Of a DNA stretch of 37,570 nt, positions 17,039 to 26,619 are shown piece by piece. The DNA comes from Deltaproteobacteria bacterium. Lineage in GTDB: Bacteria > Myxococcota_A > UBA9160 > UBA4427. Position numbers and translations under genes: made by a program. Numbering within the stretch: the first letter of the stretch is position 1; each line of letters starts with the position of its first letter. Below the pieces are notes generated by a model. That model was not told the origin of the DNA. It searched no databases and was given only the letters and a program-made list of their open reading frames with translations. Location: positions 1-37,570 of the forward strand of contig JANMTD010000458.1 of assembly GCA_031390075.1 (NCBI GenBank), written 5' to 3'.

Positions 17039-17131
17039 TATATGTACGATGACCCGAAATGCAGCTCCCTCGGGGCAGCCGTGCGGCCGCGCTGGAGGGT
17101 GCAAGTCATCTCATCAGGAGCCCCAAAAGCC

Positions 17132-17673
17132 ATGGCCAAAATCACCTCGAACATCCTCCTCGTGCTTCTGTTCGTCTTGCTCAGCCGGAGCGTCTCCGCC
17201 CTGCCCTTCGATCAGGCCTACATGGTGGCCGGACCGCTCGAGATACCCCGATCGAGAGCTTCGCCATCGATGGACCCACTCCCTGGCTCTTCGTCGATCT
17301 GCCCGGTCTCGGGTCCCTCTTCACGGTCGTCGAGTCGAGTTGGTTCGCTGCGTCCGAGGTTGGAGCCCGCTTCCCGTCGGTCGTCCCCAGCCAGCAGAAC
17401 CTGGAGCATTTCTGGCTGGCGCCGAGCGAGGCGGCCTGGGCCGCCGCGCGGACGACAGGGCGATGGACGATCGACGTGCGCTTCGAGCTCGTCGGAATCC
17501 TGTTCGCTGAAAATGGCGGGATCGGCGTCGGGATCAGCGAGGGCGGCGGTCTGACATCGGTGTCCTTCGACGTCGTTCCGATCCCCGAGCCGGGGACGGC
17601 GCTGCTCGTCGGGGTTGGACTGGTCGGCCTGTGCGCGGCGCGCGGCCGGGCAGAGGACCAAGCCTCCGCCTGA
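17132..17673 (+). pseudogene. Frameshifted PEP-CTERM sorting-domain protein
   Basis: The signal peptide MAKITSNILLVLLFVLLSRSVSA-LP (ATG 17132, RBS AGGAG) is in one frame. The mature domain and the IPEPGTALLVGVGLVGLCAARGR tail are in another. The shift is near 17240-17250. Confidence 0.8.
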
Positions 17674-17708
17674 TGCGGATGCGGCGTTCGGACCGCGGGC
17701 GATACGCC

Positions 17709-17746
17709 CGGCGGGAGCCAGCCGATCGAACGGCCGGCTCCCGCCG
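17709..17746. terminator. GC-rich hairpin between convergent genes
   Basis: cggcgggagcc-agccg-atcgaa-cggcc-ggctcccgccg, with an 11-bp perfect outer stem. Confidence 0.55.
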
Positions 17747-17760
17747 AGCGTGGAGATCGC

Positions 17761-19512
17761 CTAACTCGGCGGCGCCTGCGCCCCGCGCAGGAGTCGGCCC
17801 GGCATCGCGCCGGTCGGCTCGCCGTGTTCCATCACGACCTGACCGCTCACGATCTTCTTCTCGTAGCCCGTCGCGCGTTGGATCAGTCGCCGCGCGCCGC
17901 CCGGAAGGTCGAAGACCACCTGCGGGCGGTGGAGCGTCAGCTGCTCGAAGTCGATCACGTTCAGGTCGGCCTTGTAACCGGGGGCGATCACGCCGCGGTC
18001 GAGGAGCCCATAGAGCTGCGCCGTGTGCTGCGTCATGCGGTGCACCGCGTGCTCGAGACCGATCTTCGGACCGCGCGTGCGGTCGCGCACCCAGTGGGTC
18101 AGCATGAAGGTCTGCAGCGACGCGTCGCAGATGACACCGCAATGCGCCCCGCCGTCGCCCAGCGAGAGCACGGTCTGCTCGCTGTCGAGCATCTCGCGGA
18201 AGGGCTCGAGGTCGCCGTCGGAGTAGTTGAAGAACGGGAGCAGCAGGAGCTCCCGGCCCTCGTCGCGGAGCATGTGCTCGTAGAGGAGCTCCTCTGCCGA
18301 GCGGCCTTCGCGTTGCGCGATCGCCGCGATGCTCTGGTCCGCCGTCGGCTCGTAGTCCGGCGGGTCGCCCATCGGGAAGAGCCGCGCGTAGATCGCCGGG
18401 TTGTCGAGCATGCTGCCCCAGCCCGGCTCGCCGACGCGCTCGGCCGACAGGATGCGCGCCTTGACCTGCGGATCACGCAGGCGCTTGACCCTTTCAGGCA
18501 GCGGCAGGCCAGCGATCTCGACGTAGGCGGGTCGACTCATCATCGGATTCGCGGTCGTCTGGTGGCCGACGAGGATGCCGAAGGGCCGCGCCGCGAACTG
18601 CGCGACCACGTTGCCGCCCCGCGCGACGCTCGCCTCGCAGGTCCGCATCAGCTCGCGCCACTGGTTCGGCCGCGAGTCGAACTGCAGCACCGTGAACGAG
18701 ACCGGCCGGCCGATCTCGACCGACAGCCGCTGCATCCAATCGATCTCCTTCAGCGCGTCGTCGGGCCCGTCGCCGCCGGAGTCGCCCGCCGCGCCCGCGT
18801 TCGCGAGCTCGAAGACCCCGAGGCCCGTGTCCTTCAACGCGCGGCCGATGCCGAAGAGCTCGTCCTCCTGGGCGAAGCTGCCCGGGACGGGCTCGCCGTC
18901 GAGGGCGCGGTGGCCCATCGTGCGGGAGGTCGAGAAGCCGAGCGCCCCGGCGAGCAGGCCCTCCTTCACGATCTCGTACATCTGCTCGATGTCCTTCGCC
19001 GTCGCCGCTTCGTTCTTCGCGCCCCGCTCGCCCATCACATAGGCGCGCACGGCGCCGTGGGGCACGTGGGTCCCGATGTCGACTGCGAGCGTCGCCTTCT
19101 CGAGGGCATCGAGATACTGCGGGAAGGTCTCCCAGTCCCAGCGGATGCCCTCGGAAAGTGCTGCGCCCGGGATGTCCTCGACGCCTTCCATCAGGGCGAT
19201 CAACCACTCTCGGCGATCGGGCGCCGCCGGTGCGAAACCGACGCCGCAATTGCCGGCCACGACGGTCGTGACGCCGTGCCAGCCCGACGGCAGGAGATGC
19301 GGATCCCAGGTCGCCTGGGCGTCGTAATGCGTATGGATGTCGACGAAGCCCGGGGTCACGATCCGCCCCTCGGCATCGATCGTCTGGCGCGCGGCGCCTG
19401 CGACCTGACCGACTTCCGTGATGCGGCCGTCCGATACGGCGACGTCGGCCTTGAATGCGGGGCGGCCGGTGCCGTCGATGACCTTGCCGTTCTTGATCAC
19501 GAGATCGTGCAT
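17761..19512 (-). CDS. N-acyl-D-amino-acid deacylase family amidohydrolase
   Basis: DLVIKNG.VIDGTG, PGFVDIHTHYD, GVTTV..GNCG, VEDIP, GFSTS, DGGAH and G.KADLNVID motifs. Confidence 0.93.
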   Translation of the reverse strand: MHDLVIKNGKVIDGTGRPAFKADVAVSDGRITEVGQVAGAARQTIDAEGRIVTPGFVDIHTHYDAQATWDPHLLPSGWHGVTTVVAGNCGVGFAPAAPDRREWLIALMEGVEDIPGAALSEGIRWDWETFPQYLDALEKATLAVDIGTHVPHGAVRAYVMGERGAKNEAATAKDIEQMYEIVKEGLLAGALGFSTSRTMGHRALDGEPVPGSFAQEDELFGIGRALKDTGLGVFELANAGAAGDSGGDGPDDALKEIDWMQRLSVEIGRPVSFTVLQFDSRPNQWRELMRTCEASVARGGNVVAQFAARPFGILVGHQTTANPMMSRPAYVEIAGLPLPERVKRLRDPQVKARILSAERVGEPGWGSMLDNPAIYARLFPMGDPPDYEPTADQSIAAIAQREGRSAEELLYEHMLRDEGRELLLLPFFNYSDGDLEPFREMLDSEQTVLSLGDGGAHCGVICDASLQTFMLTHWVRDRTRGPKIGLEHAVHRMTQHTAQLYGLLDRGVIAPGYKADLNVIDFEQLTLHRPQVVFDLPGGARRLIQRATGYEKKIVSGQVVMEHGEPTGAMPGRLLRGAQAPPS

Positions 19513-19550
19513 GGGATGTTCCTCTTCTGGGGTCTTCAAAAAGGGAGGGG

Positions 19551-20327
19551 TCAGCTGGAGCGCTTCGGGCCGCCGCGGGTTCCGGGCCAACGGGAGCTGC
19601 CGATCGTGTCGATGTGGGGCCAGAAGGCGTCGGGATCGAGGGGGCCTTCCAGCGTGATCGAGCGCGAGATCGGCTGGTCGAGGGTCAGCTGTGCGCGGAC
19701 TTCGCCGCGGATCGGAAGCCGCTCCGCGATCGGGTCCCACGGACTCTCGAGCAGTCTCAGCTCGCCCTTCACGTCCACCCGATGCGTCGGCTGATAGTCG
19801 GCCTTCACGACGACGACGTGGGGCGGGAAGTCGTAACTCTTCTCGGCGAAGCCGACCGCGCGGGAGACCTTGATCCAGTAGTCGCGATCCGTGAAGGCGC
19901 CCGGCAGCGGAGCCTGGCCGGTGGTCTTGCCCTTGAACTCGAGGAAGGTGTAGCCGTGGTGCGTACAGCGCGCGCGGACCGCGTCGCCGTTGCGGAAGTA
20001 CTCGATCTCCGCGAGGAACTTGGGCTGGCCGTTCGTGTCCTTGCTGATGTAGACGGCGGACTCCTGATCGATGCCGTAGGCGACCGCGTAGCCGCCCTTC
20101 GTCCCGCGGTAGGACGCGTCGACCTTCACGACGATCCCGTACTCGGGCTCGTCGGAGACCGGCACGTTGTAGATCGAGAGCTGGACGTTCGACGTGTCGG
20201 CGGGCTCGATGCCAGGGGGCAGCAGCGCGGCGATCCGTTTGGGATCGGTCGCATACACGATGCGCAGGATCGGCCAGCCGCCGATCTCACCGGGATTGAT
20301 TCGCAGCTCGTCGGGATCGCTCGCCAT
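19551..20327 (-). CDS. Acetoacetate decarboxylase (ADC)-family protein
   Basis: YATDP..IAALLPPG.EP, EY and the G.PK motif (NGQPK, Lys retained). RBS GAGGAGG. Confidence 0.8.
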   Translation of the reverse strand: MASDPDELRINPGEIGGWPILRIVYATDPKRIAALLPPGIEPADTSNVQLSIYNVPVSDEPEYGIVVKVDASYRGTKGGYAVAYGIDQESAVYISKDTNGQPKFLAEIEYFRNGDAVRARCTHHGYTFLEFKGKTTGQAPLPGAFTDRDYWIKVSRAVGFAEKSYDFPPHVVVVKADYQPTHRVDVKGELRLLESPWDPIAERLPIRGEVRAQLTLDQPISRSITLEGPLDPDAFWPHIDTIGSSRWPGTRGGPKRSS

Positions 20328-20353
20328 CTCGCACCTCCTCCTCTCGGACGTTC

Positions 20354-20941
20354 TCAATGGGCCAGGGTCTGCGCCAGGAAACGGGCCGCCTTCGACGCGC
20401 GCTCCCGCAGCGGGTAGCCCTCGAAATGGACCCAGCTGAAGAAGAGCGAGTACCACGCGCCGACCACGACCTCGAGCAGCGTCTCGAGATCGACGTCCTC
20501 GCGGATCTCGCCACGGCGCGCGCCGTCCTCGAGCAGCTCGCCGAAGGCCGCGCGAATCCGCCGGTCGTCGTTGCCCGCCGTCTCGGGGAAGGCCAGCGCC
20601 ATCATGGCACCCATCAGCTCCCGCATCTGCGGCCCCTTCGCGAGCGTGCGCTCGGCGGAGGTCTCGAAGAGCAGGACGACGTGCTGCGCGAAATCCCCGG
20701 GCTGCTTGCGAACCTCCTCGACGTTCTCGAAGAGGTCTCGCATCGAGTGATCCGCCACTTCTCGCAGCAGGTGGAGCTTCGACGGGAAATGGTTGAAGAA
20801 GGTCCCGTAGGCGATGTCGGCGCGCCGCACGATCTCGGCCACCGTCGTCGCCTCGTAGCCCTGGGTCTCGAAGAGCAGCAGCGCCGTCTCGACGATCCGA
20901 TCGCGGACCACGACGCGTTTGCGCTCGCGGCGGGACGGCAT
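20354..20941 (-). CDS. TetR/AcrR family transcriptional regulator
   Basis: RRERK...R.RIVE.A..LF..QGYEATTV.EI..RADIA.GTFFNHFPSK HTH motif. Confidence 0.95.
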   Translation of the reverse strand: MPSRRERKRVVVRDRIVETALLLFETQGYEATTVAEIVRRADIAYGTFFNHFPSKLHLLREVADHSMRDLFENVEEVRKQPGDFAQHVVLLFETSAERTLAKGPQMRELMGAMMALAFPETAGNDDRRIRAAFGELLEDGARRGEIREDVDLETLLEVVVGAWYSLFFSWVHFEGYPLRERASKAARFLAQTLAH

Positions 20942-20981
20942 CACCTCTTCGTCTTTGACCCCGATGAATGCGGCGCCCATC

Positions 20982-22238
20982 TCAGCCCTCGCCCCGGATC
21001 GCTTCGATCGTGGGCCCGATCCGGTCCGCGAGCTTCTGCATGGCCGGCACGTCGAAGCCGTAGACCCGGGCGGCGTTCTCGCCGAGGATCGCGCGGATCT
21101 CGTGCTCGGGGAAATCGAAGAAGGTCTTGCGCAGCGCCGCCATGGTATTCGGCCAGGTGCCCTCGAGATGCGGATAGTCCGAGCCCCAGAGGAGCCTCTC
21201 GACGCCGATCTCGTGGCGGAAATGGGCTTCGTGCCGCGGCATGAAGGAGGCGCCGATATGGCACTGGCGCTCGAAGTAGCCCGTCGGACCCAGCGAGAGC
21301 TTGCGCGTGAAATGCTTGAAGATCGGGTCGTTGGCCTTGAACTCGAGCACCCGGAGCTTCTCGAGGATCCAGCCGCAGCCCGTCTCCGTGAACACGTAAT
21401 TCAGCTTCGGGTGGCGTTCGAAGGCCCCCGACCAGAGCAGCGCCGTGAACGGGCGCTGGGCGAACATGTCGACCTCGCTGATGAACATCGCCGTCGCACA
21501 CTCGACGTCGCCGTAGTCGGGCGACCAGCCCGAATGCGATTGGAGCGGCATCTCGAGCGCCTCGCAGACTTCCCAGAGCGGCTCGTAGCGCGGGTGGTGA
21601 TAGAAGGGATGCGTGCCCGTGCTGGTCGGCAGCAGCACACCGCCCCAGAGCCCCATCTCCCGCGCCGCGCGGACCTCCTTGACCGTCTCCTCGATGTCGT
21701 CGACGTTGATGATCGCGACGCCGGCGTGGCGCTCGGGATTCGCACTGCAGAGATCGGCGAGCCAGCGGTTGTAGGCGCGGCAGCCGGCGAGATTCTCCTC
21801 GGGCGAGACCGGGTAGCGGTACTGCATGAGCCCCGCGCCGAAGGGCGCCATCTGCGGGAAGATGATCTCGCCCGCGATGCCGTCGTCGTCGAGCTCGCGG
21901 GTCCGCACCGCGGAATCGAATTCGCCGCGCCGCGGCGCGAAGGGACTCTGCTCATCCCCGAGCATGTGCATGATCTCGTCGTCGGAGAGCCGGACGCTCG
22001 GGTCCGACATCGCCTTCATGCGCTCGCCGCCCTCGCCCGCCTTCTCGGCGTAGGCCTCGACGGCCTCCTGATCGAAGAAGGTCCCGGCCCGGGTCATCAT
22101 CTCGCGGGCGTGCGCCAGCCACCATGCATTGGCGGCCTCGTGGTACTGGCGCGGCAGGTACTCGTTGTAGGTCGCGGGGAGCGCTCCCGCGTGACAATCC
22201 GAGCTGATGACCATCACCTTCGGCACGACCTTCGACAT
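20982..22238 (-). CDS. Amidohydrolase_2 family metal-dependent hydrolase
   Basis: ISSDCHAG, RAYNRWLAD.C, YEPLW, FERHP.L...TETG.GW and WGSDYPH.EGTWP motifs. Confidence 0.93.
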   Translation of the reverse strand: MSKVVPKVMVISSDCHAGALPATYNEYLPRQYHEAANAWWLAHAREMMTRAGTFFDQEAVEAYAEKAGEGGERMKAMSDPSVRLSDDEIMHMLGDEQSPFAPRRGEFDSAVRTRELDDDGIAGEIIFPQMAPFGAGLMQYRYPVSPEENLAGCRAYNRWLADLCSANPERHAGVAIINVDDIEETVKEVRAAREMGLWGGVLLPTSTGTHPFYHHPRYEPLWEVCEALEMPLQSHSGWSPDYGDVECATAMFISEVDMFAQRPFTALLWSGAFERHPKLNYVFTETGCGWILEKLRVLEFKANDPIFKHFTRKLSLGPTGYFERQCHIGASFMPRHEAHFRHEIGVERLLWGSDYPHLEGTWPNTMAALRKTFFDFPEHEIRAILGENAARVYGFDVPAMQKLADRIGPTIEAIRGEG

Positions 22239-22296
22239 GACTCGACCTCTTACCTCCGGCTTGCCGCCGGGCGGACGGGCTGATTCTGGCCGGCCG

Positions 22297-22326
22297 ACGA
22301 TAGGGCCAGGCCAACTCCGATGGCAA
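22297..22326 (-). promoter_or_regulatory. Sigma70-like promoter for the amidohydrolase-TetR-ADC-deacylase operon
   Basis: Minus strand TTGCCA-N18-TATCGT, with an upstream T-rich tract at 22327-22353. Confidence 0.45.
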
Positions 22327-22360
22327 TCAAAAAATGACAACCGTCCAAAAAAACCTGGAA

Positions 22361-24097
22361 TCAGGCCGCCGGACGAGGCGCCAGCATGGTCCCGGGACGG
22401 GCACCGGTCGCCCGGCCCCCCTCGAAGGTGGCCAGGCCGTCGACCAGCGTGAGGCGAACGGGCGCCGCATCCCGCGTCCAGCGCCAGGTCGTGCCCCCCT
22501 GCCCATCGGGGACGTCGTAGACCTTGCGCTTGGGACGGCGCTCGAGCTCCGGGAGCGCGAAGACCGTGAGGTCGGCGCGTTTGCCCTTCGCGATCTCGCC
22601 GCGGTCACCGAAGCCGAAGAAGCGCGCGAGCTTGCCGGTCTGGATGTGCACCGCCTGCTCGACCGTGAGCTCGCCGCGCTCGCGCACGAACTGCGTGAGG
22701 AGAATGATGTTGTCGCCGGCGCCGCAGAACATCTGCCCGTGCGCCCCGGCGTCGCTGATGTTGCCGACGGAGTGGGGATCCTTCAGCAGGCGCGAGACCA
22801 TCGCGTCGTCGCGGTCCCAATCGGGCGCCGTGACCGTCGAGTCGATGCCGTTCGCGAGCAGCCACTCGGCGAGGGCGTCCGAGGGGTGGAGGTCGAGCGC
22901 GTCGGCGAAGTCGCCGAGCTGGATGCCGATGGGTCCGGCGCCATTCGCGGAATGGTCGAGCAGCATCGGCCGCGGCTTGCGGAAGGGACAGGTCGGGAGC
23001 GCCAGCTCGTCCCATGAATGCCGGGCTCGCGCGCGCCACGCGGGGCTGCGCAGCAGCGCGAATTTCGCGTCGGCGCCGACCGCGCAGATGACCTCGTGCC
23101 AGACGTACTCGTTCGACTGCGCGAAGAGCAGCGACTGCTCGAAGCTGACCACCGTCGTGACCGGCACGTGGGCATAGCCCGTCCAGAAATCCCGGCCCTC
23201 CCGCGCATAGCGTTCGTGCATCTCGAGCAGCGGCTTCTGGATGCCGTGCTCCTTCTGCCAGCGCAGCGTCGGGAGGCCCGCCCACTGCAGCCGGATCGGC
23301 AGCGATCCGATCAGCCGCTCGACCCGCGCGAGGGCCTCGACGGCGGTCATCCGCATCACGGTGTCGATCACGACCTGGAGCGTGGCGCCCGGATGCCGCG
23401 CCAGAACCTCGAAGAGCGCCCGCAGCTCGGCATCGCAAGCGAGCAGCGTGGGCACCGGCCGGTCGGCGCCGTCGTGGTCCATCAGATTGGTCGAGAGGCC
23501 GAGGGCACCGGCGGCGAGCGCATCCTCGAGATCCCGCGCCATCCGCTCGATCTCGGCCTCCGTCGCCGGGCGCTGCCAGGCGTCCATCCCCATCGCCGCG
23601 AGGCGGATCGCGATATGACCGACGAAGCTCGCGTAGTGCGTCGGCACAGCGACCCGCTTCGTCAAAGAGGCCTTGTACTCCGACCAGCTCTGCCAATCCC
23701 AGGGCAGGTTCTCGAAAAAGGGCCGCTCCGGGATGTCCTCGAAGAACGAGAAGATCTTCACGACCTCTGCGCGGGCGGCCGCGTCCTCCGGAAGCGGGGC
23801 GAGCGCGAAGCCGCAGTTCCCCATCACGACCGTCGTCACGCCGTAGCCCGGGAGCGGGTCGAGGTCCGGCTGCCACCACATCGTGCCGTCGAAATGCGTG
23901 TGGCTCTCGATGAAGCCCGGGGCGACATGGCAATCGCGCGCGTCGAACACGAGCTCGCCGGGCACCGCTTCGAGGTCGGGCGCGACGTCGCTGATCAGAC
24001 CGTCTCGAATCCGGATGTCGGCGCGGAAGGCCGGGGCGCCGGTGCCGTCGACGACGGTGCCCCCGCGAATCAATCGGCTGGGACTCGTCTCGCTCAT
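22361..24097 (-). CDS. N-acyl-D-amino-acid deacylase family amidohydrolase
   Basis: IRGGTVVDGTG, PGFIESHTHFD, GVTTVVMGNCG, FEDIP, SDAGAH and GKRADL motifs. Confidence 0.92.
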   Translation of the reverse strand: MSETSPSRLIRGGTVVDGTGAPAFRADIRIRDGLISDVAPDLEAVPGELVFDARDCHVAPGFIESHTHFDGTMWWQPDLDPLPGYGVTTVVMGNCGFALAPLPEDAAARAEVVKIFSFFEDIPERPFFENLPWDWQSWSEYKASLTKRVAVPTHYASFVGHIAIRLAAMGMDAWQRPATEAEIERMARDLEDALAAGALGLSTNLMDHDGADRPVPTLLACDAELRALFEVLARHPGATLQVVIDTVMRMTAVEALARVERLIGSLPIRLQWAGLPTLRWQKEHGIQKPLLEMHERYAREGRDFWTGYAHVPVTTVVSFEQSLLFAQSNEYVWHEVICAVGADAKFALLRSPAWRARARHSWDELALPTCPFRKPRPMLLDHSANGAGPIGIQLGDFADALDLHPSDALAEWLLANGIDSTVTAPDWDRDDAMVSRLLKDPHSVGNISDAGAHGQMFCGAGDNIILLTQFVRERGELTVEQAVHIQTGKLARFFGFGDRGEIAKGKRADLTVFALPELERRPKRKVYDVPDGQGGTTWRWTRDAAPVRLTLVDGLATFEGGRATGARPGTMLAPRPAA

Positions 24098-24150
24098 CAG
24101 GGCGCTCCTCGCTCGGGCGCCGACTCGGGTGTCCGGCGTCGAGCCCGACG

Positions 24151-25542
24151 TTAAACGCCGCGAGGGCCGCCGTCATCGGGCGCTCGTCTGGCAAGAGCCA
24201 GGCGCGGCAGCGTGACCCGAAAGCAGGTTCCGGGCGCCGTTTCCGTCACGACCTCGATCTCGCCGCCGTGGGTCATCAGGATGCCGTGGGCGACGGAGAG
24301 GCCGAGGCCGCTCCCGCCCTCGCGGAGCTTCGTGGTGTAGAAGGGCTCGAAGAGGCGTTTCTTCGCCTCGTCGCTGAGTCCGGGACCGTTGTCGCGGACG
24401 AGCAGGCAGGCGCGCACATCGGATTCCTCGACCCGCACCTCGACCCGGGCGTTGGACTGCCGCGACTCGATCGCGTTGCGGATCAGATTGACGAGCACCT
24501 GCTCGAGCTCGACGGCGTTGCCGCGCACACCGATCCGGCCACGGCCGAGCTGGACTTCGACCCGGGCCCCACGCCGGCGCGCGTACTCCGCCGTCGCGAC
24601 GCGCGAGGACTCGACGATCTCGTTCAGATCGTGGTCGGCGACCCGGCCCGGGTCGGTGCGCGCGAAGAGCAGGACACTGCGCACGATCCGCGCGCAGCGG
24701 AGCGCCTCGCGTTCGATCGTCTCGAGGGCGGCGCGCGCAGATCCTTCGTTGCCTTTGCCGAGTGAAGGCTCGGAGAGCTCGAACTGGGCCGCGGCGAGAA
24801 TCGCTCCGACGGGATTGTTGATCTGGTGCGCGATGCCCGCCGCGAGGGTTCCGACGGCGGCGAGCCGCTCCGCCGATCGCACGCGAGCGAGACTCTCCTC
24901 GAGCTCCCCCTCGCGCTCCACGAGACGAGCCTCGAGGCTCTGCCGGAGCAGGGTCTCATCCCTCACCTTGCGCGCTGTCAGCGCGAGCAGCTGGACGGCG
25001 GCGAGCGAGATCAGGGCCGTCGCGATGACGACCGTCGGCCAATCCCGCGAATGGCCGAGGCTCAGGTTGACCTGGTAGTAGAGATCGGCCGGAATGAAGA
25101 CGAGAAAAGCCCAGGGCAGCGCTCGCGCCGTGGCCAACGCCCGAAGATTTCCCCGCGGCCAGGTCTGCCACGCGGCGAAGGACATCAGGAGCGCGTCGGC
25201 AGCTGCCATTCCGGCATACGCCCAAGGCGCACCCAGAACCGCAGCGAGCGCGCCAAGCCCGAAAGGCAGGACCAGCACGGCCAGCCACTGTCGAAATGCG
25301 ACCCGCCCGCCGCCGTACGCATACGCCCCGGTCGCGAACAGGACCGCCGAGATCGACCCGAGCCAGACGGCGACGGGTTGCCATTCGGGCCCGATTCCGT
25401 CGACGAAGCCCGCAATCCAGCTGAAGAAGTACGCGAAGACCCAATGGATCGCACCGAAGCCACGCACGTGGGTCGTCAACAGGATGAAGACCACCAGGAG
25501 CGGCGCAGAGAGCACGACGACCAGCTCGTTCAGCGTGCTCAC
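24151..25542 (-). CDS. Membrane-bound sensor histidine kinase (NtrB-like HisKA + HATPase)
   Basis: Several hydrophobic N-terminal segments; H-box LAAGIAHQINNP; N-box QVLVNLIRNA; DNGPG; LFEPFYTTK; GSGLGL. Confidence 0.92.
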   Translation of the reverse strand: MSTLNELVVVLSAPLLVVFILLTTHVRGFGAIHWVFAYFFSWIAGFVDGIGPEWQPVAVWLGSISAVLFATGAYAYGGGRVAFRQWLAVLVLPFGLGALAAVLGAPWAYAGMAAADALLMSFAAWQTWPRGNLRALATARALPWAFLVFIPADLYYQVNLSLGHSRDWPTVVIATALISLAAVQLLALTARKVRDETLLRQSLEARLVEREGELEESLARVRSAERLAAVGTLAAGIAHQINNPVGAILAAAQFELSEPSLGKGNEGSARAALETIEREALRCARIVRSVLLFARTDPGRVADHDLNEIVESSRVATAEYARRRGARVEVQLGRGRIGVRGNAVELEQVLVNLIRNAIESRQSNARVEVRVEESDVRACLLVRDNGPGLSDEAKKRLFEPFYTTKLREGGSGLGLSVAHGILMTHGGEIEVVTETAPGTCFRVTLPRLALARRAPDDGGPRGV

Positions 25543-25573
25543 CGCGAATGGCCCTCCTCGCGAAGGCCCGACA

Positions 25574-26431
25574 CTAGCAGTGCGAGGCGGACCCCGGGAC
25601 GACGATCGCCGCCAGCTCGGGCTCCCGCCCCGCGCGCACGATGACCATGTGATTCGGAGGAATCTCGTGCCAGCCGGGATCCTCGGTCAGCCGCTCGGAG
25701 CTCACGATCACGGAGCGCGCGGCATCGCCGTCGAGCGACGGGTACAACGCGCCCGAGAAGTAGTAGAGCGACTCCGGTGCCTCGTTCGGATCGTTCGAGA
25801 AGCGCGAGACGACGGCGGCGTGTCCGTCCGAGAGCGCGCAGTTCAAATAGCTCGGCTCCCCGTCGCCGTGCTTCTCGACGAGCTCGACGACGCGCGCGAT
25901 CGCCCTCTCGAGGGCGTTCGCCATGCGGACGCCTGGGTCGACCGGTGCCTTCGCGCGCAGCATCTCGTCGATCACGAGCGCGAAGATGTGCTCGGAGTCG
26001 GTGCTGCCGTAGACGTTGTCGAAGGCCTCGTCGCGTACGGCGGCCAGCATGTGGCGGCGCACCTTGCGGAACTGGCCAACGTCGCCGTTGTGCATGAAGA
26101 GGTGCGAATTGAAGCGGAAGGGATGGCAATTCGCCTCGTTGACGCCGCTCGACTGGGTGGCGGCGCGAACGTGGGCGAGGATGCATCCGCTCGACACTAC
26201 ACGCGTCAGGCTGACGAGATTGCGGTTGTTCCAGGCGGGCGTGATCGAGCGGAAGACCGCGGGCTCGAGCCGCGCGTCCGCGGCATACCAACCGACGCCG
26301 AAGCCGTCGCCGTTGAGGGGCTCCTCGCGTTCGCGGCTGTGGGTGCTCTGTCGGATCAGCGAATGCTCGGGCTCGAGCAGCAGCGAGGAGAGCCGGATCG
26401 GCTCCCCCATGTAGAGCGTGAATCGACACAT
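25574..26431 (-). CDS. Class II glutamine amidotransferase (EgtC/DUG3-like Ntn hydrolase)
   Basis: N-terminal MCR nucleophile; NGDGFGVGWY, PAWN..NL, AHVRAAT, NCHPF, FMHNG, GSTDSE and VSSE.L motifs. Confidence 0.92.
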   Translation of the reverse strand: MCRFTLYMGEPIRLSSLLLEPEHSLIRQSTHSREREEPLNGDGFGVGWYAADARLEPAVFRSITPAWNNRNLVSLTRVVSSGCILAHVRAATQSSGVNEANCHPFRFNSHLFMHNGDVGQFRKVRRHMLAAVRDEAFDNVYGSTDSEHIFALVIDEMLRAKAPVDPGVRMANALERAIARVVELVEKHGDGEPSYLNCALSDGHAAVVSRFSNDPNEAPESLYYFSGALYPSLDGDAARSVIVSSERLTEDPGWHEIPPNHMVIVRAGREPELAAIVVPGSASHC

Positions 26432-26619
26432 CGCCTGGATCCCCCTTCTGTCGGCCGGAGCGTCTCGCGCGGGGCGACGAACACGTTCGGCGTCCCTTCG
26501 ATCGGACGACCAGCGCTTCGACTCGATGCCACCGGCGTGCGGAGGTCGCGGATCGGTGACAAAGCGGAGGCCTTCGCTCAGGGGATCCACGGAGACCGGA
26601 CTGCGTGCCCGCGTGCGCC

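Noticed and set aside
25574-26431. Ergothioneine biosynthesis cluster
   Set aside because: Only an EgtC-like Ntn hydrolase is present, with no egtB or egtD in the window, so no gene symbol was assigned.
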